A DNA stretch of 64,000 bases, from positions 1 to 64,000 of the IMG/VR virus record IMGVR_UViG_3300010429_001387. One strand, given 5' to 3'. The stretch comes from a virus (Duplodnaviria; Heunggongvirae; Uroviricota; Caudoviricetes). Positions 63,527-64,000 of this stretch are shown one piece after another. The stretch's first letter is position 1. Each line of letters begins with the position of its first letter. Made by a program: the position numbers and the translations under genes. The notes beneath the pieces were generated by a model. It saw only the letters and a program-made list of their open reading frames with translations, searched no databases and was not told where the DNA came from.

Positions 63527-63678
63527 TATTTCCCATCTCCCCAAATAGCAGCCACTGCAATAATAAACGGGAAAATAAAGAAGAATCCAAGAAATGGTGC
63601 ATGTGCTCCACTTCGAGCTATACCTATCCAAACGCCACACATTCCTAATGTTGCAATTGCTCTTCCAATAGCCTTCAT
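63526..63678 (-). CDS. Small membrane protein (50 aa), not in the ORF track
   Basis: Preceded by 'AAGGAGGAG' with 4-nt spacing. The protein 'MKAIGRAIATLGMCGVWIGIARSGAHAPFLGFFFIFPFIIAVAAIWGDGK' is hydrophobic. Its start overlaps the upstream stop (ATGA). Confidence 0.4.
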   Translation of the reverse strand: MKAIGRAIATLGMCGVWIGIARSGAHAPFLGFFFIFPFIIAVAAIWGDGK

Positions 63679-64000
63679 ATCTCCTCCTTATTGCGTTTCA
63701 CATCACTTAAAATATATTGTATGGCAGAAATTGCATCTTCTTTCCTACGGCCAACAGCCAAGTAAAGTGGAAGAATATTTTCCACAATCTGCTCATCGGT
63801 TTTTTGCTCAGCAAGGTATTGCCGGCAAAGTTTGCTTACGCCCATAACTTTCTTCGGACGCGGTTCCTTTCCCGGCCAAAGTTCCTTAAACCCTTCATAT
63901 GAAGGTTCATGTTTTGGTTCGTATTCCTCAACATCTGTTACACCTTGTTCCGCATTGCTGTCTTCAGCTTTCTGCTGCTCATCGGTAAGTTCAGGAATCC
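63675..64000 (-). CDS. Hypothetical protein, partial; its N-terminus lies beyond the window end
   Basis: Open minus-strand frame from 64000 down to TGA at 63675-63677 ('...ILSDVKRNKEEI*'). The last codons carry the ribosome-binding site for the next gene. Confidence 0.45.
   Translation of the reverse strand, partial: IPELTDEQQKAEDSNAEQGVTDVEEYEPKHEPSYEGFKELWPGKEPRPKKVMGVSKLCRQYLAEQKTDEQIVENILPLYLAVGRRKEDAISAIQYILSDVKRNKEEI

Overview
This 64 kb window reads as part of a large virulent tailed-phage genome. It is AT-rich, gene-dense, and every gene I can support lies on the minus strand. I see no integrase and no obvious lysis cassette. Reading from high to low coordinates (the direction of transcription), the blocks are as follows.

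1. Replication and recombination (about 48.4-63.3 kb): a DnaG-like primase, a DnaN-like sliding clamp, a family-A DNA polymerase with an N-terminal UDG-family-4-like domain, a Vsr/EDxHD-like endonuclease with zinc-finger repeats, MazG, an AAA+ clamp loader, a gp32-like SSB, a RecA-superfamily ATPase, a RuvC-like resolvase, and Mre11/SbcD flanked by the two halves of a split Rad50/SbcC.
2. Packaging and late regulation (43.2-46.7 kb): candidate small and large terminase subunits, a sigma-like factor, and an FmdB zinc-ribbon protein.
3. An enzyme island (38.0-43.1 kb): a P-loop kinase, a SplB-like radical-SAM enzyme, a fold-type-II PLP enzyme, a HAD phosphatase and a SLOG-like protein. I read this as a candidate nucleotide/DNA hypermodification module.
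4. The portal gene (35.9-37.9 kb).
5. A cluster of 10 tRNA genes (33.0-35.45 kb), none encoding CCA, next to a 250-bp GC-rich ORF-free island flanked by direct repeats.
6. Many small accessory genes (25-33 kb), including NADAR, DUF4326-like, HtrA-like protease, DEDDh exonuclease, GroES, and a kinase.
7. A tail fibre with tandem repeats (22.6-24.7 kb).
8. A head module (12.8-20.1 kb): a giant acidic protein, a protease/scaffold fusion and a candidate major capsid protein.
9. Two further large repeat-containing proteins (5.0-10.5 kb).
10. An operon (1.8-5.0 kb) in which three paralogous proteins carrying tandem 22-aa LRR-like repeats are interleaved with a Pol-beta-type nucleotidyltransferase.

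All calls rest on ORF structure and motifs read by eye. No database search was possible.
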